NCBI GenBank assembly: GCA_963823665.1
Contig: CAWGMQ010000006.1
Location: forward strand, 1,728,001 to 1,792,000
From: an uncultured Planctomycetota bacterium
Lineage (GTDB): Bacteria > Planctomycetota > Planctomycetia > Isosphaerales > Isosphaeraceae
Length of the DNA: 64,000 nucleotides
Direction: 5' to 3'
Shown here: piece after piece, positions 12,801-21,399 of the stretch
How positions within the stretch are numbered: the first letter of the stretch is position 1
Layout: the number at the start of each line of letters is the position of its first letter
Translations under genes and position numbers: made by a program
The notes under the pieces: generated by a model
Databases searched by the model: none
Told to the model about the DNA's origin: nothing
The model's input: the letters and a program-made list of their open reading frames with translations, nothing else

Positions 12801-14835
12801 GAGCAGCGGCGGCAACACGTTTACCATCAACGGCTGGACGGGCTCCGGCAAGCTCAGCGGCACGGGCGAGACCGTGGTCGAGAGCGTTTCGACGGGCGTC
12901 ACGCTGGCCGACAATTCGCTAGCGGTCGCGGGCATCCCCTCGCTCACGTTGAGCGGTTTCACCGCAGCGAATCTCACCGATACCGCCGGTGGTAACACCT
13001 TCACGGTGAGCGGATGGAAGGGGAGCGGCTCGCTCGACGATACCGGTTCCACGCCGGACATCGTGACGGCGAGCAAGGCCGCCAGCTATACGCTTGCGAA
13101 TACCGCGCTCACGTCGACGGACGGTATGACGCTCGGCTTGACCGGGTTCGCCACCGCCAATCTCACCACCACCGGAGGGGGGCAGACCTTCACCGAGACC
13201 GGCTGGATCGGAAGCGGGTCGCTCACGGCGACGTCCGGCACCGTCGCAGCCTCGAACCCGTCCGGCTTCACGCTCACGCCGACCTCGCTCACAGCCGGTC
13301 CGATGTCCTTCACGCTGACTGGCATCAACACGGCGAACCTCACGGATTCAAGCAGCGGCAGCAACGTGTTCAACATCAACGGTTGGACGGGAAAAGGTAC
13401 GTTCAGCGGTTCGTCGGAAACGCTCGTGGACAGTGTCTCGGCCAAGACGACGCTCACGAACACGTCGCTCGCCGTGACGGGGAATCCCACGCTGACCCTG
13501 GCCGGATTCACTGCGGCCAACCTCACCGACGCAACCGGCGGGAACAACTTCATTGTCAGCGGCTGGTCGGGAGGCGGCTCGCTCGTGGACACCGGGTCCA
13601 CCGCCGACACGATGACGGCGAGCAAGAGCGCGGGCTTCACCCTGACGATCGGCTCGTTGTCATCCACCGACGGAATGAACCTCGGGCTGACGGGTTTCAC
13701 GACCGCGAACCTTACCGACAGCGGCAGCGGCGGCAACACCTTCATCGTCAGCGGCTGGACGGGTACAGGAACGCTTAAAGGCACGGGCGAGACGCTGGTA
13801 GATTCAGTGGCCGCAAGCGTGGCACTGGCGAATTCATCCCTTGCGGTGACGAGCGGGACGACGCTGACGTTGAACGGTTTCACAACCTCCAATCTGACCG
13901 ACACAGCCGGCGGCAACACCTTCACGGTTAGCGGCTGGACCGGCAGCGGCTCTCTGGCCGATACCGGCTCGGCAGCAGACACAGTCGTCGCGAGCAAGTC
14001 TGCCGGCTACACACTCGCCAACACTTCCGTGGCGTCTACAGACGGAATGTCGTTGACCTTGAGCCGAATCAGGACGGCCAATCTCACGGCTACGAGCGCG
14101 GGTAAGACATTCGACGTCAGCGGCTGGACAGGAAGTGGGTCGCTCGCCGACACCGCGGCGACAGGCGACACGGTGACCGCGACCAAGAGCGCTTCGATGA
14201 CCTTGACCGGCACATCGTTCTCGTCGACCGACGGCATGCTGCTCAGCCTGAGCAACTTCAAGACGGCGAATCTGACGGTGACCGCCGCCAGCGGCAACCC
14301 TCCGTACATCGCCGACGCGAGTGCGTTCACGGGCGTGACGAACTTGACGGCGACGGGTACGGTCGATGCGATCCTGCTGGGCGGCTCGAGCAACGGCAGC
14401 ACCTTGACCGCATCGGGCTCGGGCAACGACGTGCTGATCGGTGGAGCAGTCAAGGACACGCTCACCGACACGGGGACTGGTGACAACATCCTGATCGGCG
14501 GGGCAGGAGTCGACACGCTGACCGGCAACGGCAACGACATCCTGATCAGCGGGACGACCAGCTACGACAGCAACTCACCCGCCAACATCGCGGCGCTCGA
14601 TGCGATTCTGGCCGAATGGTCCTCGAGCGATTCATACTCGACGCGGATCAACAAGATCATGACTGGGATCACGGTGGGCTCGAGCACAGTCGCCTTGAAC
14701 GCGACAACGTGCCAGTCCGACGGCGTGGCAAACACATTAAGCGATGGAACCGCCCCGACTCAGAATAACTGGTTCATCGTCAACACGAAGGACAAGGTGA
14801 CCAAGCAGGCAGGGGAAACCGCGACGATCGTCTGA
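6874..14835 (+). CDS. 2653-aa surface protein/adhesin: LEPR-xLL N-terminal motif, right-handed beta-helix (Pmp-like GGGI/FxxN) repeats, Thr-rich repeats, RTX-like C-terminus
   Basis: Intact ORF with AAGGAG RBS. LEALEPRTLLS; dozens of GGGI.N.GTLTISGGTI..N repeats; NWWG..GP motif; G.DVLIGG motifs. Confidence 0.9.
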   Translation: MSRSLSRHLSRLVSAERAHRRNPRRGALRSLEALEPRTLLSNLWYVNSADAGTPDGMTPATGFVTIQAAIDVASAGDTILVETGSGYNESDTVGVSNLLIEADSGQTPVLDGTASSPPSSPGFTVTAGATGVTIEGLTIQNFAGTAAIVVQNGASLAISGVTIQGNTSGGGNGGGIDNDGTLTVTGALFQDNSSANWGGGIYSDGTLIISDSTFMNNTARVGGAIAADYGGMTTITGGTISGNTAVFGGGIVNVAAMTISGGMIENNSSTYVGGGIDNYQGTLAISGATFESNSATSGGGGIINYGNGTLSISGGTFENNSSPNYVGGAVYSIGALTADGVAFDANHAPYGGGIYAAGHIDLTDCDFTDNTAGSTGGAISNNATGSISGCTFNHNSAGAVGGGGITVWSGVLTIATSTFEDNSTPGSGGAILVHRASVTLEDDTVSSNSAASGGGIANQSAGTVTIAGDTTVSDDTASGNGGGIENYGTLTISSGSISGNNSHGGGGIDNFNSLTITGGTIANNFAEGYGGGIANEGGATLTMTGGTISGNGCWWGGGGIENWGTLSVSGGTIEDNAVSAGGGGGISNGGVLTISGGTISGNYGHGGGGIDNVNTLTITGGTVANNYAVGRGGGIDNEYGATLTMSDGSISGNGSWWGGDGILNSGTLALSGGSIEDNSGGNGAGIENYGAATISGDVMISDNGATYGGGVANSGGTMTISGGTIDGNTAQWRGGGVFINSGVVTISGGVIENNTTVHSGGAGVGNNGGTLTISDATISDNTGGGVLNQATLTVTGGTIDDNSGGGMVNYGTATISGETISGNNATYGGGIWNFGTLTISGGTIENNTANQGAGIRNDNTLTITGGTIASNSAGSAFGGILSDGGSVTIEGGTIEDNSTTGDGGGIGNGATLTISGGTISGNTASHRGGGIVNYATLVITGGAIENDFAGWVGGGIMNYSTATITGDTISGNSSPYGAGIFNQSQLSIANATIEDNSAHVGGAVFNTRGSLSVGDSTFDANKATGFGGAIFNQYGHLSLTDCGFTDNSAGTTGGAVSSVLGAGSISACTFTGNSAGAVGGGGIAVYSGALTIANSSFENDTATFAGGAILAISSSVTLQNDTISGGTAGGGGGGGVENDFGTVTLTGDTIEDNSDSGIHNYHGTATLSDDTIENNSGGGIQNQGGTMTVAGSTIENNTCSNGIGAGIYNITGTVVAVDDTISGNTSTYGGGIVNQGTMTISASTIDDNSAPVGAGIAGNGSLTITGGTISGNTASFGGGIAVYDGALSVDGTTFDGNDGGAVVTTGVDLHLDNCSFTNNSRSYGGAVGANSGSGSISHCTFTDNKASANGGGIEVVSGTLTIANSMFEGNTAGGFGGGILNYVGSVTIVGDTFSANSAAYGGGFNNDGGPAAVTGCTFSGNFAPAGAAIFAEAGSLTMSGGSIQAPPTLTASEIGIGGGANVTISGVTIDSAATATAIDVNASSLTATNIGITGYLVGVSVENNGGATITDSTLTSDTTGILVGSGASDTCTVTATNDSFASDTTGVQNNQTGGSLNATLNWWGSATGPTNASNPVGTGAATVGNVSFSPWLGDSNIVAPDYLVFLSTTGEQYAVTPNSDNTSLQVTLSGSPVGSIPGGDTLGFTGSGGTVTINGETGASSSDGFNINDTSVQFAGADSLAGSMIDFTGTAITRNVDAQGTVNTFNIQGAGVSGPTGSLVGDTGTNAFVFSGASKLIGSIQGPGSSTLDFSAYGSGVTVKLASGTATGVGGTVAGITAVIGSAFNDTLKAGTVPGVALTGGLGINTLSGTGAGDSVVESISSNYTLASGSLTGTGSASFTDNLTGIKVATLSGASATSNTFTVSGWTGSGSLTAPAGTGSVTASKSNNVTLSDTSLSSGDGMSLTLSGIVTANLTIAATGHTFNETGWTGNGLLSGTSSTVAASNPSGFTITPTSLTAGPMSLSLAGITTANLTDSSSGGNTFTINGWTGSGKLSGTGETVVESVSTGVTLADNSLAVAGIPSLTLSGFTAANLTDTAGGNTFTVSGWKGSGSLDDTGSTPDIVTASKAASYTLANTALTSTDGMTLGLTGFATANLTTTGGGQTFTETGWIGSGSLTATSGTVAASNPSGFTLTPTSLTAGPMSFTLTGINTANLTDSSSGSNVFNINGWTGKGTFSGSSETLVDSVSAKTTLTNTSLAVTGNPTLTLAGFTAANLTDATGGNNFIVSGWSGGGSLVDTGSTADTMTASKSAGFTLTIGSLSSTDGMNLGLTGFTTANLTDSGSGGNTFIVSGWTGTGTLKGTGETLVDSVAASVALANSSLAVTSGTTLTLNGFTTSNLTDTAGGNTFTVSGWTGSGSLADTGSAADTVVASKSAGYTLANTSVASTDGMSLTLSRIRTANLTATSAGKTFDVSGWTGSGSLADTAATGDTVTATKSASMTLTGTSFSSTDGMLLSLSNFKTANLTVTAASGNPPYIADASAFTGVTNLTATGTVDAILLGGSSNGSTLTASGSGNDVLIGGAVKDTLTDTGTGDNILIGGAGVDTLTGNGNDILISGTTSYDSNSPANIAALDAILAEWSSSDSYSTRINKIMTGITVGSSTVALNATTCQSDGVANTLSDGTAPTQNNWFIVNTKDKVTKQAGETATIV

Positions 14836-14853
14836 CCAATTCGCCGTCTACTC

Positions 14854-14875
14854 GTAGGGTCCGCCGCTGCGGACC
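14854..14875 (+). repeat. GTAG-type REP-like hairpin
   Basis: GTAG followed by GGTCCGC-CGCT-GCGGACC (perfect 7-bp stem) just downstream of the stop codon. Confidence 0.55.
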
Positions 14876-14940
14876 ATCAGCAGGCGTGAGGAGGGCGAAC
14901 GGCGCAGAATGTGCGGCCTTCCGGCAAATTGTCCCGCTCC

Positions 14941-14961
14941 TCTTGACGAATTCCGTCAAGA
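14941..14961. promoter_or_regulatory. Perfect inverted repeat TCTTGACG-N5-CGTCAAGA, candidate operator overlapping a -35-like TTGACG
   Basis: Seen directly, about 100 nt upstream of the ATG at 15062. Confidence 0.45.
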
Positions 14962-15061
14962 ATCATTCCGTTTCGGAGAATTCAAGTTATCACGCGAAAC
15001 TCGCGAACAGACAATGACGTGACGACCACGCCGGAGTCGATCGCCCAAGGAAGGGATTTCG

Positions 15062-17545
15062 ATGCTACCCAGCAAAACCAGGAACGGGTTTGCGGCGGAT
15101 CAATTGTCCTCAGTTACCGCGCGGATCAGGCCGATCCGGCCAAAGCGCAAAGCATTGCCCGGCGGGTGTTCGGCGTTTGGACTCGAATCTCGGCTCATGC
15201 TCACCACGATCAACTCGGGCGATGTCGTCGTGGCATTGAGCGCATACCAGAATAAGTACACCTACGCTATCACAACCCCGAGTCAGCTCTATCTGACCAT
15301 TGCAGGCAGTACCACCCCGACCGAATTGTCGGTCCAGCAACCTTACGGCAGCGTGACGGTCTACGGCTCAATCACCATCGAGTCGAGCGACCAGATTCTC
15401 GTCCAGGCGGCTGAGCTGTTTACAACGGACGACGCGTCTCAGGGGGGCGGTGGTGTGGCGGCCGGGACGGAAGGCGAGTTTCTGCTGAATCTCGATGATG
15501 GATCGTGTACGACGGTGTACCTCGACCAGACTCTGAGCGCCACCTTCCCGACGGATCCTGTCAATGGTGGGATGGGCGCGTATGTCACGGCCGTCGCGCC
15601 GCCCTCGATCTCGACCGCAGGAACACCGGGCCCCGCGGGGCCGCAGGGACCGGTTGGGCCACAAGGGCCGGCGGGCGCGCCAGGTCCGGCTGGAGCGCCG
15701 GGTCTGGCCGGTTCACCAGGACCAGCGGGGCCGCCAGGTGCCCCGGGAGCTGATGGAAACACAGCGTCGGCTGCCACCATTTCGGCCTTGCAGGTGCAGA
15801 TTGCCGACTTGAGCAGCCAGCTCGCGAGCGACGAGAACAGCACCGCGGCCGAGGAAGCGCAACTCAACCAGCAGTACACCGCTCAGCTCCAGGTCAACCA
15901 GCAAATTCAGGCCAGCGTTGACGCGGCCTCTCCGGGTAGTGGCACTTCGAGTGAGGACGCCCAGATCATGTCCTTGCAAAGTCGCGTGGGTAACCTCGAG
16001 AGTACTGTTGCCGCTGAGGAGCAGCAAATTACTCAGCAGCGTTACAACGCTGAGCAGCAGACTCGATTCAATCAGGGTGGCGCGATCCTTGGCGGCTTGG
16101 CTGCTCTTGCGGGCGGCGCAATTACGATACTCACCGCCCCGGTTATCACGCCCGTCATCATAGCTGCCGGGCTCGCCTCTGCTGGGATCGGGGCGGCGGG
16201 AGCGGTGGCCACTTGGGCGGGCAGCGATCCTGCGGACCCGAATTTCACGCAGCTCGCCCAGCCGCAGGTGCAGAGCCCCGGCGCGATCACCGATCAGTCG
16301 GGGGCCTCGCCAGCGTTCGTCACGTCGTCCAATGCTCTCATCTCGGATTGTGCCGAAATCGTCGCTCTCGGCAACGCACTCTCCGCCAGCATCGATCGTG
16401 CCCAGGGCGCAGCCAACGCCAGTAATGACTACTGGGAAAATGCCCAGGTCCAGGCCGGTAACACCTACACCGAGGAGCTCGGCGTCGCGTACGGCAAGCT
16501 CCCTGCGCTCGAAACAGCCTACGTTGATGCACTCAACGCATCGGGCGTCGATACCGACCTCACCGCGGCGCAGGTTGCCGCGATTGCCCAATCGCTGAAA
16601 ACGGGGGGTGTACCCGCGTCGATGAATGCCGCGATGGCGCAATTTGGCGCGAATCCGACCATCATGGCGCTGGCGGACAGCCTCATGGTCAGCCAGGCTC
16701 AGCAGCTCGCCGCGGGTGGCGCATCGATATCGCTGTTCGACGCAGCCGACGCTCAAGCGGAGACGGATTTGTCGAGCGCCCTGGCCGAAGGTATGCTCAC
16801 CCCCTTCCAGGGCGAGCTCGCGCCGGCCTCTGATACCGGGCCCTCCCAGACGGATGGGATCACGAACGTGAATCAGCCGACCTTCCAGGGCCAGGGCCCG
16901 GTCGGCTATCTCGTGACGGTCTATGCTCAGGCCAGCGGTCAGTCCGGAATCATCACGCTGGGTCAGGCGACCGTGCAATCTGATGGTACGTGGTCGGTCA
17001 CCTCCTCCGCACTGCCCCAAGGCAAGTACGCGGTGATCGCCCAGGCGGCTGACCCGTCGGGTGCGACCACGCTCGATCGTGCCCTCGGCAGCCTGGTGAT
17101 CGACGAGAGCGGTCCGACGATCACCTCGGAGGTCTTCAACCCCGCGACCCACCAATTCTCGGTCACGCTCGAGGACAGCGGCAGCGGCCTCGATCCGGCG
17201 AGCCTGGCCGACATCTCGAGCTTCGCCTCGCATTCCCTGGCTCGCGGCGCGCGACGACCGGCCTTCGTGACCAAGAGCATCACATCCACTTCGACCACCC
17301 AGACGGGCGACTCCGAGACGGTCGTCCTCGATCTCCACCGCGGCGGCCTTGGCTCGCGCACGGTCAACGCGCTCGATGCCGCTCTCAGCCATGTGACTGA
17401 TCTGGCCGGCAACTCGCTCGAAGATCCGAACCTCAGAATCCTCCCAAGAGTGGCGCACTCAATTCCGACGGCCCACACTCTGGCTGCGCACCGAAAGCTC
17501 ACTTCTGCGGCAACGTCGCACTTGCACCGGCACCGGCACAGCTAA
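15062..17545 (+). CDS. LESR-xLL protein with collagen-like repeat, coiled coil, hydrophobic Gly/Ala segment and bacterial Ig-like domain
   Basis: GLESRLMLT; 15 Gly-X-Y triplets (15620-15754); heptad segments; about 45-aa hydrophobic stretch; [20 protein letters not shown] Ig motif. Confidence 0.8.
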   Translation: MLPSKTRNGFAADQLSSVTARIRPIRPKRKALPGGCSAFGLESRLMLTTINSGDVVVALSAYQNKYTYAITTPSQLYLTIAGSTTPTELSVQQPYGSVTVYGSITIESSDQILVQAAELFTTDDASQGGGGVAAGTEGEFLLNLDDGSCTTVYLDQTLSATFPTDPVNGGMGAYVTAVAPPSISTAGTPGPAGPQGPVGPQGPAGAPGPAGAPGLAGSPGPAGPPGAPGADGNTASAATISALQVQIADLSSQLASDENSTAAEEAQLNQQYTAQLQVNQQIQASVDAASPGSGTSSEDAQIMSLQSRVGNLESTVAAEEQQITQQRYNAEQQTRFNQGGAILGGLAALAGGAITILTAPVITPVIIAAGLASAGIGAAGAVATWAGSDPADPNFTQLAQPQVQSPGAITDQSGASPAFVTSSNALISDCAEIVALGNALSASIDRAQGAANASNDYWENAQVQAGNTYTEELGVAYGKLPALETAYVDALNASGVDTDLTAAQVAAIAQSLKTGGVPASMNAAMAQFGANPTIMALADSLMVSQAQQLAAGGASISLFDAADAQAETDLSSALAEGMLTPFQGELAPASDTGPSQTDGITNVNQPTFQGQGPVGYLVTVYAQASGQSGIITLGQATVQSDGTWSVTSSALPQGKYAVIAQAADPSGATTLDRALGSLVIDESGPTITSEVFNPATHQFSVTLEDSGSGLDPASLADISSFASHSLARGARRPAFVTKSITSTSTTQTGDSETVVLDLHRGGLGSRTVNALDAALSHVTDLAGNSLEDPNLRILPRVAHSIPTAHTLAAHRKLTSAATSHLHRHRHS

Positions 17546-17564
17546 GATCTGGCCTTCTCGAGCG

Positions 17565-18248
17565 TTACTGCTGCCGATCTTCAAACTCGGCAGCCAGGGG
17601 TGCAAGTACGGTGCGGACCCAGGAGCGGAACGAACGGATCCAGGCCGTCTCGCCCATGGTCGCGCTTGCGACGAGGAATCGGCTCAGCTCGTCCAGGGGC
17701 AGCCAAGGGAAACTTGGACTCCGCGCCACTTGAGCGTAAGTCCCGTCATCCTGGAGTTGTGCGACAATGATCGACTGGCCATCACTGCGCCAAACCTCTG
17801 ACACCCTGAGTGAGGCGTAGATTCCCATCCGGTTGAGCGCGCTCCGGGAGATCTCGACTTCGACCGCGATATCCGGCGGCGGGTCAATGTCGGGATCCAA
17901 ATCGGCGCGTCCGCGAACGGCGAACTCGTTGGCTACCCAGTAGCATTCGTCGGGCTCGAGTCCCTTCTCCTGCAATTCCTTCTTGAATGTCGTCGAGCCG
18001 CCGCTTCGGAGCGGGATATTCAGTTCTTCGGTCATCGCCTCGATCATGCGCCCGAGCAGAGTCTTGGACCATTCATGTCGCGGCGAAACCGTCATGATTT
18101 CCAGGTCCCCGTTGTCATACGTCAGCCGGATGTGACGATTGCCCATGTCTTCGAGCAGCGCAACGTAGGTGGTCCAGCGCACGCCATGCAGCAAGACATA
18201 CTCATGTTCCCGTGCCAGTACCTGCGGTGAGAGTGTTGCAATCGCCAT
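17565..18248 (-). CDS. Uma2 family (PD-(D/E)XK) endonuclease
   Basis: RLTYDNGDLEIM, GLEPDECYW, PPDIAVEVEIS, IYASLRVSEVWR. Confidence 0.9.
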   Translation of the reverse strand: MAIATLSPQVLAREHEYVLLHGVRWTTYVALLEDMGNRHIRLTYDNGDLEIMTVSPRHEWSKTLLGRMIEAMTEELNIPLRSGGSTTFKKELQEKGLEPDECYWVANEFAVRGRADLDPDIDPPPDIAVEVEISRSALNRMGIYASLRVSEVWRSDGQSIIVAQLQDDGTYAQVARSPSFPWLPLDELSRFLVASATMGETAWIRSFRSWVRTVLAPLAAEFEDRQQ

Positions 18249-18389
18249 GTTGAATGTCCTTCGAGACGAAACCCCCGACCTGCTCGATTATACCTCCCGC
18301 CCAAGGGAATCGGCAGCACGAATTGCGCCACTCGTCTCAGGGAGATTGAGCCAATCGGTTTCCGCCACGCGATTCGGCAGATTGCTGTA

Positions 18390-19282
18390 TCAGCAAGTCA
18401 CCGACTCATGCCGCTCCTGCCTCGCAGCACCGCCGTGATACATCCTGCCCGCTTCCATCGCATGCGCGTGTGCCGGTGCTGCCTCAATCTTGTAGCTGCG
18501 CGTGAGGAAGACCTCGAAAAAGAACTGAAGAAGCGTGACGCGGTGCAGCGTGATGCCCGGCTCGCCTGCCAGTTTCTCGCGCAGGGCCGGCAGCTCGTAC
18601 CAGTTCAACCGCGGGCGGACGTGATGCTCGAGGTGGTGGTCGTAGTGCAGCAGCCACACGCTGAGCCAGCGGGGGAGCACGAGTTGCCAGGTATCGTGGT
18701 ACTTGCCCGCGGGCAGGTCCATGTGGCCGGTCACGATGCGCAGGTTTTGCAGCACGGCCACCACCATCAGCGGTCCGAGAAGCGACCATTCGCGGAAGGA
18801 CCGGGGCGGCAGCATGAAGACCGCGAGCAGCAGGGTCACGATGCCCGTGAGCTCGACCAGGTATCGAACGAGCACGCGGCCGCGCATGTGCTGCCAGGCG
18901 TAGAGGTGCGTGAGCATGATGTAGGTCGGCACGCCGAAGAGGATCATCCAGCGCGATTTGAGGACCTTGTTCGGGTCGTCGTCGCGGTTGGTCGTCTGGT
19001 GATGCTTCAGGTGCAGCACCGATAGGCCGAAACCGGTGTCGCCAGGAACGTGCCGGCCAGGTTCCCCAGCAAGTCATTGAGCCAGACCCGTCGCGCCAGC
19101 AGATGATGGCTCGCTTCGTGCACCAGCCCGGTCAGAACAAACAAGCTGGTTCCGGCGATGAGCGACAGGACGATGCGCATCGAGTCGGAGTGGTTCAAGG
19201 CCAGGAGATATCCCGTGACCACGACCAGCAGAACGTGCGCACCGATGACACAACGTGACCAAAACGGCCGGCGATTCGCCAT
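18390..19282 (-). CDS. Membrane fatty acid desaturase family protein (frameshift near 19015)
   Basis: Three His boxes HEASHH, HLKHH and HLEHH, plus TM helices, across two ORFs. Confidence 0.85.
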
Positions 19283-19616
19283 GGCTAAGATTCCCTTCTC
19301 AACCCCCGCTCGAGTCCCACAACCTCCGTCGGCGGAGACCGACCGCGATACCTGGATGAATCGCTTCTTGGATCGTCAGCGACCGAACGCGCAGTCGAGC
19401 ATGAATTGCACGTTCCGAAGAACCGGGAACCGATCGGTACTGACTTGCCGGCTCTGCGGGGTGAATTGCCAAGACAATCGCAGTCGCAATTCCTAGAATC
19501 GGTACGAAGCTCAATCTCCACTGCATGAACAGAGTGCCGGCGACGCGCAAGGTCGGCGATCTCGCCGTGTCAGCCCAGTAGAGCTTGAACGCAGTGTCTT
19601 ATGAAAGGAAAGCGTG

Positions 19617-20028
19617 ATGCGATTGAATCCCCATCTGGCGTTCAATGGCCAGTGCGAAGCGGCCTTCAAGTTCTACCAGCAGTGTCTGGGCGGTGAAATC
19701 GTGGTGATGATGACGTACGGAGATTCGCCCGCGGCCGCGCAGACACCGGCTGAGTGGCGTGAGAAGATCCTCCACGCCACGCTCGACCTCGGCGACGACC
19801 GATTGACCGGCGGCGATGCCCCCCCGGGGCAATATCAGAAACCGGAGGGCATCTCCGTGTTACTTAGCCTCGATGATGCAGCGGAAGCCGATCGTGTCTT
19901 CGCGGCGCTGGCAGAAAACGGCACTGTACAAATGCCGATCCAGGAGACCTTCTGGGCGGCAGCGTTTCGGCATGCTGGTGGACCAGTTCGGCACGCCGTG
20001 GCTGATCAATTGCGGGAAGACGGGATGA
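19617..20028 (+). CDS. VOC/PhnB (glyoxalase-like) family protein (frameshift near 19960)
   Basis: LNPHLAFNGQCEAAFKFY...ILHATL...VQMPIQETFW, continuing as RFGMLVDQFGTPWLIN in another frame. Confidence 0.9.
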
Positions 20029-20053
20029 CGCTTTTATTCGACGGCACTGGAGT

Positions 20054-21292
20054 TCACTCGGACTCGGCCAGCACGACGGCGTCGCCGTGCATCACGACGT
20101 GGCACTGACCGTTTGGAAAGACTCGAAGTTCGCAGTGTCCGACCTTCTCGCTTTCGCCAATTCGCGGTTCGTTGAGTCGCCTCGCAGCCTCACGTGCACG
20201 ATCCTCGAGGGAAACGGACGGGCTGACCCGCGATTGCTGCAATTTCGCTTGAGCTCTTCTTCGGAAAACTTCGAGGCAATCAGGCGGGGTCACGCCACGT
20301 CGCCAATCGCGCACGGCCTGCTGATGCCCACCAGCACAAACGGAGTAGACGGTTCCCGCGCACCGAGAGATCTCATCCAGGGCGGCCGTTTCAGGCAAGT
20401 GATGGCGGTGGTAGGGAGTGAGCACGGCGATCGTTTGCTTACGTGAGACGAAGGTCGACCAAAGGTCCGTGCAGTATCCGTTGGTTGAACCGTGATGGCT
20501 CACCTTGACGATCTCGGCGGCGAGGAACTCGGGCATGAACTCGACCAGCGCCTGCTGCCACCCGGTTGTCTCTACGTCTCCGCCGAGAATAATCCGTGCA
20601 TCTCCATAGCGAATAAGCAAGGCGAGGGACGCCAGGTTGTGGTGGCGATGCGGGTACGCCGGTATTGAGGCGGCGTTCGTCTCGAGCCGACGTTGCAGGT
20701 ACTTGAGGAGAGACCTGATTTACTCCCGCGCCACTGCATGCGTAGGTGCGATGGCAATCACTTCCACGACGTCGTTCAGCCCGGTAGGAATGGGATAAAG
20801 TCGTTGATTCGAACGGGCTGCAAGGATCGGCATTCCGTTCGCCTCGAGTTCTTTGAGGCGATTGAAGATCGAACGGAGCTCGTCCGCCTTGAAGCTGACT
20901 TGGGGCGTTCCGCCCAAGTCGGTCGCCTCGAGCTGGAAATAGTCGACGATAAGCCGGAGGTCATCAGGGAATGTATCACAAAACGTCCAAAATGCCGCGA
21001 TCGCGAAATCGTGGAGCAGGTGAGACATTCCGCGATAGTGGTCGTCGTGAGGATGTGTCAGGCCCAAAAAGCGCAATGATCGAACCCCCTCCTCATCCAG
21101 GATCCTGTAAGCTGGATTGCTCCTGGGGTCGGCGAGCGACGACGCGTAGCAGTCCACGACCCCGTAGGTGCCATCGGGGAGCCGTACGACGATGGTTTCA
21201 CCCTTTCGGCCGCCGAACACTCGCAGCACCAGGGGACTACCTACGGGAACACCGGAGCCCAAAGCGCCGCCTTCGTCAGCCGGAACTGTCAT
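20054..21292 (-). CDS. ComEC/Rec2-like metallo-beta-lactamase-fold hydrolase (frameshifted around 20620-20740)
   Basis: GETIVV, VVDC, THPHDDH (HxHxDH), ILGGD and KVSHHGS motifs. Confidence 0.8.
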
Positions 21293-21399
21293 TGCATCCT
21301 GACCTTCACCTACGGTGTCACCACTGTGTGACGGGATCGTTGGTCCTCTTGCAACTCCGGACGGGAGGTGCACGAAGCCCGACAGACGCAGCGGTCAAA

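Noticed and set aside
7231..14540. Many antisense and alternate-frame ORFs over the giant gene (MPPP..., VSV-rich)
   Set aside because: Shadows of a repetitive GC-rich coding strand; no independent motifs or RBS.
15713..17458. 581-aa minus-strand ORF
   Set aside because: Antisense to the collagen/Ig gene; composition typical of shadow frames.
19299..19550. Short minus-strand ORF with hydrophobic N-terminus upstream of the desaturase
   Set aside because: No recognisable motif; cannot be distinguished from intergenic sequence.
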